A DNA stretch of 64,000 nucleotides. It comes from Lama glama. Lineage: Eukaryota. Under the pieces are notes generated by a model. It saw nothing but the letters and a program-made list of their open reading frames with translations, searched no databases and was not told the DNA's origin. Below, in pieces: positions 38,729-51,400 of this stretch. The stretch covers positions 80,726,001 to 80,790,000 of the forward strand of contig CM052817.1 of NCBI GenBank assembly GCA_028534125.1, read 5' to 3'. Position 1 is the first letter of the stretch. Each line of letters starts with the position of its first letter. The position numbers and the translations under genes are program-made.

Positions 38729-40049
38729 TTGAAAGTTTTGATTAATTTTAATAATTAAACCATATATCATATTTTCCACTTATCAATCCAAAAATTTAAA
38801 AAATAAATCCAGTTTATAGAGGAGAGACAGGAATGTGATTTGCATCAGTTTAGTGCAGTGATGGCTCTTCACTGCCATTCTTCCCCGCTGTTTTGACTTT
38901 GCCTTGTCCCAGCTCAGCGGAGGAGCTGTCTGCTGTGGGGCTCTGTGCCCTTAGCATCCATGCCGTTGGCCCGTTGGTTTCCTGATTGTGGGCTGCTCTA
39001 GCTACCCATTCTGGCTGCTGGCTCCTAAAGCTACAACTGCAGCTTTAGCCTTTTGTTTCTCACATACAACATGCTGATAGATGTGCTCACTGAACATTTT
39101 AACCAGCACACTTACTCTGGCTTTTTCTGAAGCTGATGAAATTACCAAAACAAATTTAGGCTCCTCTGAAGAACAAAGGGAAGGCCAAACCAGAAAGATG
39201 GATCATACAGAGCCGCTATGGAAGACGTCTCCGAGCTCTCACAGAGCACAGGAAGAGCGGTGCTCAGTGGCTTTGGGGGGCCACGCTCTCTCATGCTGAG
39301 AATTGAATGAAAGCAGCTTACTCAAAGTCTGTGTACTAAGTCTTACCATAATTAGTTTTTACACTTGCATTGGATCTTAGATCAGATTAGCCATTGCTAT
39401 TTGTGCAGACAAGTTGATCAAATTTTTGGAAACATCTTGGGACAGGTTTGCTGAGGTCATGAAAATATAACTATAACTAGAAGAATGCTTTATTGCCAGG
39501 TATTTATCGAGCTGTTATTATGTGAAGGAGACTTGTTTAAAGTGTAAATATTTATGCAAGACATAGTCCTTGCCCGCGGGACCTTGTGCGCAGTTGCTGA
39601 AACTGGTGTGGGGCCTTCCGATGGCTGAAGGAAGTCCAGGGTGTCATCTAAGTTAAGAGAATTTTTCCAGTGGTTGATCGAATATTAGATCTGAAAGGGC
39701 TCATCTGCTCCTCCCGTCTTAGTCTATGACTATAACTGTACATGTGACTTGCCTAAGGTCACTCAGAAAATTAGCATAAACTCAGATATAAACATACTTC
39801 TCTTTCCTCTATGTCTGGTTGTTTTTTCATGGTATGACATATATATTTATACTGATCTAAGCAGATCACATGCAGTTGAATTTCACTTGTATTAGTTTAG
39901 TGCTTATTTTTGATTGTTTTAAGACTAATGTGCTTAATCTGGTTTTCTTTGTGTTGTGTATTTTAAGCTACAGGAGAGAGGGCAAGGGGAAAGCTTGTCT
40001 ATTTTGCACTTTCATTTGTTCATTTTTTAATTGGTACTAATTTGAAACT

Positions 40050-40570
40050 TTTCATTATATAAGTAATACATGCTAATTGAATAAAAGTAGAAAACACAGA
40101 TAATGAAAAAGAAAATTAAATTCAATTATAATACAATTCCCCAGAGAAAACCACTATTTTTACATATGTTCATTGCAATTTAAAAAATGGCATCACATTT
40201 AACCTACTGTTTTATACTTCATTTTTCCATGTAGCTATTCCATGGGCATTCTTCATGTGAGTGTGTTTAGAATATCACTTTTATTGGGGCTGCAAAATAG
40301 TTTCTTATTTATCTTATATTTTGGACATTTTTTTCACTGATTTTCATTTCGTTGATTTTTGAACACTTTGAGAACAAATTTTCTTTGTTGTAAATATTTC
40401 TGAAATAAAGATTCATATAATTACACATTTATATGTAGTGTTCCCTTTACATTTTCAGAAGTAGAGTTCCTGGATCAAAGGGTGTAGATATATGTAAGGC
40501 TTTTGATACACAGTGGGCCCATCACCAACACTTTTTATTCTAATTTCAAAAGCTGTAGTTTATACTCATT
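40050..40570 (-). mobile_element. Ancient L1ME-type 3' region
   Basis: aagtaatacatgct...gaaaacacaga...cccagagaaaaccact...agaagtagagttcctggatcaaagggt. Confidence 0.75.
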
Positions 40571-41821
40571 GCTGCAGGACTTTAAAATGTGGCAAAGGGT
40601 GAATAGGTCTATTGAAAAAAAAAACAACTCTCCAGCGAGACATGTAGGGTTACAGTGGCTTAGCGTCCACACAGCAGGAGTATCATTTTCTGAAATATAT
40701 GAACTAGGTGGCATCCATCACTGATGGTAAGTGTTCCAGAGAGAGGAGTTCTCCTCATTTCTATCCTTCAAGTAGGAGGATGCTGATCCTAAATTTAACA
40801 GTGGCCTCTGTCACATTTGCATACATCCTTATGAGAGATCTCTGCTAAATCTGGGGTATAAACTGCATTATGCTTCTATAAGAACTTGGACATCTTTAGC
40901 TGTCAACTAGAGAGCAAATATTGTTACCACCTAGAGGACACTGTGAGTCTCTTACTTCTTGTTTGAGTTTGCTCTCTGTGTGTGATTACTCACTGATATG
41001 AAAGTAAGAGTGAGCTATTATTTTTTAACTTGATTTACTAGAAGTAGGGAGATGTGTATAATGAAAATACTAAATTCAGTGAGCTTTGTATGCATCTTTT
41101 AAAAGTTAGAATATACTTTCTAACATAAAAATATTTTCAAAGAGAAAAATACACACACACATTTATTTTTTGCAATGATGATCTTTCGCATGTTGGTGCC
41201 TTATGGAGTATGAACTCTTTGGTTTTCTCGGATGAGGATTAGTTGAGCTAGTTTCAAGCATGTTGTTTTGAGATAATGTTTTGAGATAATGGTGTTTTGT
41301 GATAATAGTTGTGGAGAGTCTCTAGCATGATGTTTAAGTGTTGGAATGAACTCCTACCCCTGTTTCTGAAACAGTTTAAACATTCGAGGGAAAATATTAC
41401 TGCATTTGTTTTATGCCATCTGTGATTTGAATTGTTCACATCAGAAATTCTAAAATATTTCCAAAGGTAAGATTTTTCAAAACTAAGTATTTTGTTATCT
41501 AAGTAAATGTTTATATAATTTGAGATTATATTATAACTCAATTCATAACGTTTTCAGTAAATACACATGCAGTTATTTTGCCATCTTTACTGAATAGCTC
41601 AAGTGTATGTTAATTCATTCTTTGAAATGGACAACTGTCATTTTCAGCCTCTATTTTTTGTTTGCAGGTCATGCTTATTTTGATTAGTGGATTCTGGGAT
41701 AGTTCTAGGAAAACTGTTGGAATTTTTATTAGTGCTTTTTTGGGAAAATGTGGATTTTGTACTTCATAACTACACTCATGTTATACTAGTAAATATTATT
41801 ATATCAGATGAGCTTAGTCTA

Positions 41822-42017
41822 CTTTATTTTTTACTGAAGTATAGTCAGTTACAATGTGTCCGTTTCTGGTGTACAGCATAATGTTTCAGGCATACATATA
41901 CATACATATATTCATTTTCATAGTCTTTCTCACTATTGGTTACTACAAGATATTGAATATAGTTCCCTGTGTTATAGAGAAGAAATTTGGGTTTTTATAA
42001 CCTATTTTATATATAGT
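41822..42017 (-). mobile_element. Young camelid-type LINE-1 3' end
   Basis: tgaagtatagtcagttacaatgtgtc..tttctggtgtacagcataatgt...acaagatattgaatatagttccctgtg..atagagaagaaattt. Confidence 0.85.
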
Positions 42018-42689
42018 AAATAGAGAAGAGGATATAGTAGGACTGAGTACTTTGACGGAATGGAAAAAAGTGAGGGAGATTTTTTAAAAAAGCCTAGAGC
42101 ATAGATGATGTCTGGCTCAGGGCTGACTCGGGTGCTGACTGCTGGAGCGTTCTGGGGCTCTCTAGGAAGGATGAGAGCCTTGAGCACCTGCCTGGGTGGG
42201 TGTGGGTTCACGTGAAGAGCCATGTTCCACTTAACCTTGATGTTCTCTGTCAGTCCAAATGTTTGCTCTGGATAACACCTTTCCTCTGCTTCATCACTTC
42301 CTTGTTCTCCTTCAAATGACAGTTCAGGACAATTTCTCTAACATCCAGTGACCTCCAAACCACCAACGTAATTCTGGATCCTCTTGACTACTCACCTCTT
42401 TGGTCATCATTGCAGCTCTTATTTTTATAGGTAGAATGTGTGTCTGGGCTGCTTCCCTTATTAAACCATAATCATGCAGCTGGGGCCAAGTCTAATCTAG
42501 ACTGTGTTCCTGGAAACAAAATAATACAAGATACATAATAAAATGAAATAAGATATGCAAACAAAAGTTAGATATCTGAGCATTTCTAAGTAAATATAGG
42601 GGAATTTTATTCCAATTTCTTAGCCATTAAAGTTGAAAATATTTCTCCTAATTGGATTAAAGGAAGGAAAAAAAAAGGAGATGAGTCTG

Positions 42690-42930
42690 AGCATTGAGCT
42701 AGTATTGAAGATTTGCTTCATGCTGGACATCATACAGAACTTTTTTTTTTTACGAATTACCTCATACAGGCCTCATCACTGCCCATGTGAGAGATGCCAT
42801 TAAGTTCATTTTAGAGATGAAGACATCAAGAGATTTTTTTTTTTTTCTGACAAGGCTCAGAGAGACTTGGTCTAGGACACCTAATTAGTAAGTATAAGTA
42901 CTGGAACAAGAACACAGAAATGTATGGCAG
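42690..42930 (-). mobile_element. MIR SINE
   Basis: tattgaagatttgct...cattttagagatgaaga...aaggctcagagagacttggtctagga...tagtaagt. Confidence 0.75.
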
Positions 42931-44377
42931 GAAACATTCATCCTGTCAGCCAGTTCTAACATCCTCATATCCATTTTCTCCTGGCCTGATTCTAATAATG
43001 TAAAGTAATGCTTTAAAACCTCTTTTCTCATTTTAAACTTTCCAAGCTCTGGCTGGTGCTGAAAGTTGCTATTTCAGTAATGGGTGCTATTGTGAGGGTT
43101 GAGGATTTTTGGATGGATACTCCCACAGTAGGTTCTTTACTCATCTGACCTATAAGTAGAGGACATTGCCTTCTCCATCTGCAAAGGGCTCTGGGGATCC
43201 ATGTGTTCTTTCAGGTCATTATAGGGCTTCTCTGCTTCTCACAAAAATATCCGACTGAAGACTGTTGTGAAAATAAGAGGAGCCAAAGGTCTTTCTTCTC
43301 AGTGTTGGGTTGAAAATATCACCTTATTATCATTGCCAATATTATTATGATATTATATTGTCTTTGTACACATGCCAGCTAATATGTTACTTGGTTATTG
43401 TATCTTATGTGAGGTAGTAGTGACTATTATAAATTAGATTCTTTTTTTTTTCAAATGAAGTATGACTCAGGTAGCCAATTCTAGTCAAGTAATGCCTAAA
43501 TTGTAATATTTTACAATATTAAACATAATTTCCTACATAATTTCCATGGTATAGAACGTAATATCAAATGTTTTTGAAATGCAACCCCATGGAGAAAAAT
43601 ATTGACAGTTGCAGAAAGATATCACCAGAAACTGGGCCACATTAACCAACACAATAATTTCCTTCCAAATGCAAACATCCTTAACGTAAAAGAAAGGTTT
43701 TCTTCATAATGTTATAAACGTGTTCTTCCCTGCAGCAGGACTGATAATTAATACCACATATTCATGGTGAGAAATATATGGGTTTGGTCATAAATGTTCT
43801 CATGCATTTTAAACGTCACTAAAATGAATGGCCTTTATTATTTCAGAATGATAACTTGTTCCCCGACACTGCTACTTTGCAGGGGATGAAGACTGCATTG
43901 GCACGTAATGAAATATTACAGGAACACGCCGTGAGCATTTGTAAGACACACCCTTCGCTCTGAATCAATGCTGTAAGAGCAGCACATAAGGACACAAGGA
44001 ATATGTTTGAGGAAATCCAACCCCTGCCCTTGCTTTCACTTACACTCTCATAAATCAGTCTAGGTGAATATCTTAAGCTCAGTTAGGAAAAGATTTAGAG
44101 GAAGACAATGCTCCTCTTTCTTTGACTTGCAGGACCAAGTGCTCTATTCATGGTTACCCCTGCTTTCTAGACATAGCTTTTTTTGGTTTGCTTTTCAGAA
44201 AATCTCCAAAGGCTTGACTTCTGTGGGCAGTTTTGTTCCACATTAAGAGAGAAGGACTTATATGTTTTCTTGCTCTGTGACACATTAAAACCATGTGAAG
44301 CCGACACAATAGGTGTGGATAAGAGCAATTGGTTTGTGTGAAGGGAAGAATTACCAACTGAGTAGAAAATTAAGACT

Positions 44378-46745
44378 AGGACTTCTGATTTCAGTTCTCA
44401 CATATGAAGAGCTTGGAAGTGGTCCCTCCCTCCTGTCTTTACAACAAATAAGCTACATGCACTTAAAATGGATGACTTTCCTTGGACCCATCAGAGAACA
44501 GAGGTTACAGGGCCAACTCCCACTTTAGATTTTGGTGAGATGGGCAAATCCAGAGTCACAGCTGAGATCTGCTTACCTGGGGCAGAAGGAGCTGGTGCCA
44601 TCAGAGGGTCAGGACCCTTAAATGGTAATTTTGAGGAAATGCTGGGGGCTGAGTATGAACCAGGGGGAGAGTGAGAAACTTGTGAGGCTTACTCTTTGAT
44701 GGGGCTCCAGTGAGCTTTAAGTTCCAGGAACCCAACCACTCTCAGAATGAAGATCCAAGAAGGATCGTCTTGTGACTTTGGTGTGGAAAGGGAAAGAGTA
44801 ATCATCACGAAATATTCCCACAGAGTTGTTCATAACAAAGGCATACGCTTGAGGAGGTAAGACTGTACCAGAGCCTTATCCCAGTTGGGGGAGGGTATCT
44901 TTACTCCAGCTAGTTTTCTAGTCTCACCTAAGGGGAAGAAAGGTGTACCATGAAGAAGTACTTGTGAAGGTCACAGCCCAGGGACCCAGACATACTAAAA
45001 ACTTGAGATTTAATCATCAGATTCCATAATGCTTCCCTCCTCCCGCACTTTATCACCACACCAGCCAGGCTCCAATGTAGTGATGGTGGATTATGATGGA
45101 AAGAGCTGTAAGATGCAGGCTGTCTCCTAAGAAGAGTGCTTAGGGAAGCCCAGAGTCAACAGGGATGATTAAAAACAAGGATACAAGAGAAAACTGAATA
45201 CTCTGGCACCTACATTTATAGCAAATATTAGTATGATGTGTCTGGCTTTCAAAAAAAATCACAAAGCACGCCAAAAAGCAAGAAAAGCACAGTCCAAAGA
45301 GACAAGCAAGAATCAGAATCAGCTTTAGATATGGGACAGAAGTTGGAATTATCAGAATTTAATATAAGTACGATTAAGAACTTAAAGACTAAAGGGAAAA
45401 GAAGACAACGTGCAAGAATAGATGAGTAATGTAAGTGAAGAGATGGAAACTATAAGAAAGAGTCAAAAGGAGATGTTAAAAATCAAAGACAGAAAGGAAG
45501 AGTGTCTTTGATGCCCTCCTCGGTAGACTGGGCATGCCTGAGGAGAGAGCTAGTGAGAATGCAGATAGGTCAATAGAAACTTACCAAGTTAGAAGGGAAA
45601 GGGAAACCCAGTATCAACAAAAACAAAAAAGGGTAAAGGGAAAAAAAATTCCAGAACATCCAAGAATTGTGAGCCAGTTGCAAAAGATGTAACATATACA
45701 TAATTAGAATACCAGATAGAGAAGAAGCAGAAGAAATAGATGAGGTAATAACGGCTAAGAACTTTCCAAAATTAATCACAGACACTAAACCACAGATCTA
45801 AGAAGCTCAGCCTAAGAAGATGAATTACTGTACAGTCCCTCCAAAAAATAGCCAAGAAACTATACCTAGGTATATCATAATCAAGCTGCAGAAAATCAAA
45901 AACACAGAGAAAGTTCTTGAAAGAATCCAGAGGAAAAAATACACCTTACTTATATATGAACAAAGATAAGAATTATAGTGATCTTCTAATGAGAAACCAT
46001 GCAAATAAGAAAAGAGTGGAGGGAGGTGTTTAAAGTTTTGAAAGAAAAACATCAACATATAATTCTATACGCAGTAAAATTACTCTTCAAGAGTAAAGAA
46101 GAAAAGATTTTCTCAGACAAACAAGACTTGAGGGACTTTTTCACCAGCAGAACTACCCTGACAGAAATGTGAAGCGAAGTTCTTCAGTGAGAAGGGAAAT
46201 GATGTAGGTCAGAAACTCAGACCTACGTGAAGAAAGGAAGTGTGTCAAAGAAGCAATAAATAACGCAAAATGAAGTCTTTTGCTTTTCTTGGTTTTAATT
46301 GCACTAAAAGATAATTGTTGGTTTAAAGCAGTAATAGTAACAAAGTATCGGGTTATTGTGGCATATGGATAAGTGAAATGAGTAAATAAGCGAGTAAGAG
46401 ACGAGGAGGAGGCATTAGGAATAACTGCATTACATGAAGCAGCACAGAGTTATGTGAGGTGGACTTAGATTGGTTAAAAATGCATTTTTGAAATTTCATC
46501 AACTATTGAAACTATTTTTAAAAGAAGTATAACATGCTAAAAGAGGAGACGAAATGGAATCATGAAATGCTCACCTGAAACTGGAAAGGCAGAAAAAGAT
46601 AGGAATAAGAAGAAACAGAACAAATGCAATAATTAGAACAGTTGAACATGGTAGATACTGATTCAACTGTATCAATAATCACTTTAAATGCTTATATACA
46701 TCAATTAAAAGGACCACTTGTTGGAGTGAATTAAAAAATAAATAC
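44378..46745 (+). mobile_element. Old LINE-1 5' half (5'UTR, ORF1 remnant, start of ORF2)
   Basis: 46059-46172 translates IILYAVKLLFKSKEEKIFSDKQDLRDFFTSRTTLTEM (L1 ORF1p C-terminus RILYPAKLSF..EGEIK.FSDKQ.LREF.T.RP.L.EML). ~46648 gives MVDTDSTVSIITLN (ORF2 endonuclease start). Confidence 0.92.
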
Positions 46746-46749
46746 GGAA

Positions 46750-46990
46750 TTGTATCAGTGAAATAATGGTAGCTGCTCTGACAGGGAGTCCTTACAATTT
46801 CAGTGGCTTAACACAATACGAGTTTTCTTCTCACTCACGTAGAAGTTGATCAGGTTCCTAGGCCAGGTTAGGGACCAAGGTCGTCTGCACAGGGTCAGGG
46901 ACCGAGGTCTTTCTATTGCATGGCTTCTTCTTCCCTAGTGCTTCATAAATTTTGCATCCGGGTGGTACAAAAGGGAAGGCGAGAGCAAAG
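46750..46990 (-). mobile_element. Old MaLR LTR fragment (MLT1J-like)
   Basis: tgtatcagt...tagctgct...atttcagtggcttaacacaata...tttcttctcactcac. Confidence 0.7.
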
Positions 46991-47519
46991 GGTAGGAATT
47001 TATAGATGTGTAATTCACAAATTTTTCTACAAAACAACTTTGAGAATGACAACTTACTTATAGGATATTTAAATATTTTAAAGAGAAAGTATAAACCACT
47101 AGGGCTTAGAGAAAGATATCCTGTGAACATCAATTTAGGACACTCTTACATAAATATAAAGTATAATCTCTAAAATGAAAATGTAGCCTTTTGGATAAAT
47201 TTGCCAAGGAAAACTTGAGATTTCAAGAAATGTAGGGGAAAAAAAGCACTTGAATTGTGTTTAAAAAATTATTTGGACAATTTCTGGAAGCCAGTTTAAA
47301 TACATTGTTTTGTAAAAATTTTCGGCACAGAAAGTTTATTTTAAATGTTAAAAAAGTGGACCAATCTGGTGAATGTCTAAACCTAACTTGATTTAAATGG
47401 AAAATGCTGCTCAAAAATACTTACCTCTCTTCTAAGTTTATGACCCCTTGTTTCCATTCGGTTACCACATATTTCCATGTGAATGGTCTAGCAGATAATT
47501 AAACTCATATGTCCAAAAT

Positions 47520-49350
47520 TTAAAAACAAAATAAAACATAAGCATCTCCACAAAAATAACTTAACAATATTGTAAAGAGAATAAAAATAATTCAATCAAT
47601 TCATTAGATGTCAGGAAAGGAGAAGAGAAAATACAAACAAAAATGACACAACACAAAATGGTAGAGAGGATCCAAGTGGATAAATCATCTCAATAGATGT
47701 AAACTGATTAAACATATGATCAATTAAACAGAGATTTTAATTTTAATCTTTGATTTATGTACTTCTTTGTAAGAAGTAGAGTAAAACAATGACATAGAAA
47801 GGCTGAAAGTAAACACATGGAAAAGTATATTAGGGAAATACTATATTAGTAGAACTGAGACCCAAAATACATTACTAAAGAGGATCATTTTTAATGAGGA
47901 AGCTGCTATTTCCCAAGACTATTTAGCAGTTTCAACTTGTGAGTAACTAACAACACATCCTCAAACACAGGGGCCAAAACTGAAATAACTTGAAGTTGAG
48001 ATGAAATTAACAAATCCACATAGAAGATTTTAACACAACTCTGTGAAGTACTGGTGTCAAGCATAGAGTTTAATACATATACAGACATATTGAATAATAA
48101 AATTAAAACGGTCTAATGTGTATTTACAAAATCCCTCCCCCAACAACTACAGAGTAGAGAGATCACTTTTCAAGCACACACAAAGCTTACATACAGATTG
48201 ACCCTACAAAGTCAATCACAACCAATGTCAGTGAATCAGTATGACATTGTCTGACCATAGCCAATAACATTATATAATGATATATTTTGAACATATGGGT
48301 ATAACTTATATATTATGAATTTTAAAGCAATATTCTCTAACATATTTAATGGATTTAATAATGATGATGTTTAGATGATGATGAAGGTGGCAGCCAGTTT
48401 CAGTAGAGTGTTCAGTGGGTCATGTGCTGTGACATGTGCATGCTATAAACTTCATAACACCCTTGGGTGGGTTCTATGCTATTCTTACTTTGCTGATGAG
48501 GAAACGAAAGCACAGATCTAGTGAAGGATGGAGCTAAGATGGAAAGCCCAGACAACCTGACTTCCGTTACTATGCTTTTAACCATGACAATATGAAGAAA
48601 TAAAAACGAATGGTAGAACAAAGCATCAGTGAAACACTACATGTTAAAACTTGTGGAAGGCAGTTAAATGGTTTGTAGGGAGTTTTATCTTAAATTCATG
48701 TAACAGCGTAGAAGACACGTGGAAAATTAACATTCTTTCCATGCATTCAGCACCAAAAGGTAGAAAGAGAAAAGCACAGTACACTCAGGAAACAAACTCA
48801 GGATATAAACTCAGGACATAAAGAAGCCAGAACAAAAATATGAATTAAATGTAAATCAAAGAAACAAAGCCCTAAAATCTGTTTCTTTAGAAAGAAATTC
48901 CTCTGACAAAACTGATTTTCAAAAAGGTGATATAAATATTATGAATAAAAAAAGGAAGATGAGTATATGCAGAATGGAAATATTAAAATATTAAAAATTT
49001 TATATAAATACTTGGGTGAACTGGCCAATTTTCCAGAACACTGTATATTACCAAAATTGACAGAAAAGAAATTTTAAAAAACAAATTAATCTAAAACCAT
49101 TGTCACTTAACTGGCAGTCAAGAACCTACCCACAAAACCAGACACTTTTTTAGTACAGGTTTTACTAAATCTTCATAGGAGAGAGGACATCTATTTGGGG
49201 CACACTTTCAAAAACTGAGGAACAGGGAAGTTTTCCAACTCACGAAATTCAGACAGAGATGGAGAGGAAGGAGTGTAATACGGCCCAATCCTTTTATAAG
49301 CATAGATGCAAACACTAAATAAAACATTAACGCAAATTAACACATATCAT
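47520..49350 (+). mobile_element. Highly degraded ancient L1 (L1ME-like) ORF2 region, interrupted by a MIR
   Basis: A-rich; aaaatggtagag...atctcaatagatgtaaactgattaaac (ORF2 start), caaatccaca..gaagattttaacac, ttaccaaaattgac, aaacatagatgcaa. Confidence 0.7.
48395..48590 (-). mobile_element. MIR SINE nested in L1
   Basis: cttcataacaccctt...tttgctgatgaggaaacgaaagcacaga...ggagctaagat...ctgactt...tgcttttaaccat. Confidence 0.8.
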
Positions 49351-49568
49351 GTATTTCTATAAAATGTACAACATTTAATTTTCAAAGCATGCAGATGATC
49401 ACTTTATAATTGACACACAAATTGTTTTCAGTAACAAAGTTGCATAATGATGAAAACATTGCCAAATATCTGTTTTCAAACTTTTGTCTTGATAGCAGGA
49501 ATTATTTTCCAAAACAATCATTTGCTCACTTCTTATTAAAAGTGCTTTTACACTGGGACATATTAAGG

Positions 49569-49584
49569 GTGTGTGTGTGTGTGT
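49569..49584. repeat. (GT)n microsatellite
   Basis: Read directly. Confidence 0.85.
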
Positions 49585-51237
49585 TTAAATACTGCTAAGC
49601 AGGCATTTTTAATTATAGAAAAGTTCAAAAATTTGGAACCTTTTTTTTTTTTTTAGTAAGAAGAAAACATGTAACTAATCTTCAGATTCTCCAACTTTTA
49701 AAAAACTTTACTGTGAGATGACCAGTCTCTTTATGATACTTAAGATTTTCATGTCAATCCCCATTTTTGTACAAACTTTGGTAAATATTTTTCTATTCAA
49801 TATAATACCATCATGAAATTTACTATAATATAATCCCTAAGTCCCTCTGACTCAAAGGCTTAATGATGGAGCCAGTTTCAATCTGTATATTAAATATTAG
49901 TCAACTTAGTTGCTTTCCTATTTTTTAAATTAAAAATGAATATAAAAGGTCCATCTTGTGACCCTCTGGAATGCAAGCACTGTGAATTGGAAACTGCTGC
50001 TCTGATAAGGTAGGGGAGTCAGAAATCTTTTGCCATCAGGTCTGGGCCAGAGTGGCTAGCTGTCAAGTGAGGTTTTAGGATGACACCCAGAGATGGGAGT
50101 GAGATATTTTACCTCTGTTTTCAGGAAACAGTTGCAGCCAGAAAGGTCAGCGCTGCCACTGTCTATGCCAAGCAAGCAACACTGCTTCAGTGTTCTGGTC
50201 TAATGATAAATTCTTAAAATGTATTTTGAAGTATTAGATGTTGAGGCTTTTTGAACTTGAAATGTTTCTAGACACAGAAATGTATTATGTTAATTCCAGC
50301 TAATTTAAACACCAATGATATATTCATTATGGAAGATATAACATATAGCATTAATTATAGGGCCACATTCCAAATAGGGAGGCTGAAACACTCTTAAGGA
50401 AATTGCGTTATTCAAGACCCTGAGATCTAGCTCAGTGCTAGGGAACACCATGGACTTTATACACACTGATAGAAATTTCAACTGTCTTAACATCAAACTC
50501 CTCACAGGACTTTTTAAAAGAAACATCTTTTTCTGTTTTAACAGTGGAGCTAGACTCCCTGAAAGTGAGTTATACATTAGAATGTCAGTTACTTTTATTT
50601 GTATTCATTAGTGCTGGTATTGCAAACAGTCTGTCCAAGTGGAAGAAAAGAAGAGACTAAAGTCCTTCAGTAACCCCTCTCATTAATTCTTTGTGCAAAC
50701 AAACTCTAGTTTGGTATAAAGCAAGATAACCTAATGGACGTTTTGTAGAGGATGTGCAGCCACTTTGTTTACCAGTTAAGTTTTATCAAATAAGACGGAT
50801 CAAGAAAAGCCAAGAGAAGTTTGCAGTTCTATAAATCTCAAGCTATATCTTGAACATTCCTGAAACACCCAATCTCCAGACTTCGGCTTTGAATAGATTT
50901 ATAAGAGTCAAAGGTCACAGTTCTTGCAAACAGAGGAAACGGTACATAGAGTTTTTGTTTATTTTCTGTCTCTTAAAAAAATCAAATATGGCCGTCAAGG
51001 CCATAAAACACTGACACTCAACTACTAGCAGTAGCAGAAGTGGGGCCTGTGGGTGTTTTTGTCTCCTTGGTTACCATGTGTAACAAAAACAGATGCAGAA
51101 TAGCTTTCAGGTTTCCTCTGTCTGGCTTTAACCAAGGTTTTAATACATTTGTTTTAAATAACAGGAATTCCATGAAACATCTGCAAAGAGAAAGCAAATC
51201 AAGTCAGTTGCCCACGAACTTAGGAATATGAACAAGA

Positions 51238-51400
51238 TGGCATGTGGTTTGTAGAGCAGGAAGATTTTTTTTGGCTTCGGGTTGAAGGACATCCGTTTTA
51301 GTTCTAAGGTTTCTATTTATTAGGTCTTGGAATTTCGTGGAGACTTTTATTCCTCATCTGTAACATAACTGAGATCCCCTTTGTCTCAGTGTTACTAAGG
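51238..51400 (+). mobile_element. MIR fragment
   Basis: ggcatgtggtttgtagagcagg...ttcctcatctgtaacat. Confidence 0.55.

Noticed and set aside
50730..50835. Peptide FVEDVQPLCLP resembling the trypsin-family VQPICLP motif
   Set aside because: A stop lies just upstream, with no splice acceptor and no other protease motifs; treated as coincidence.
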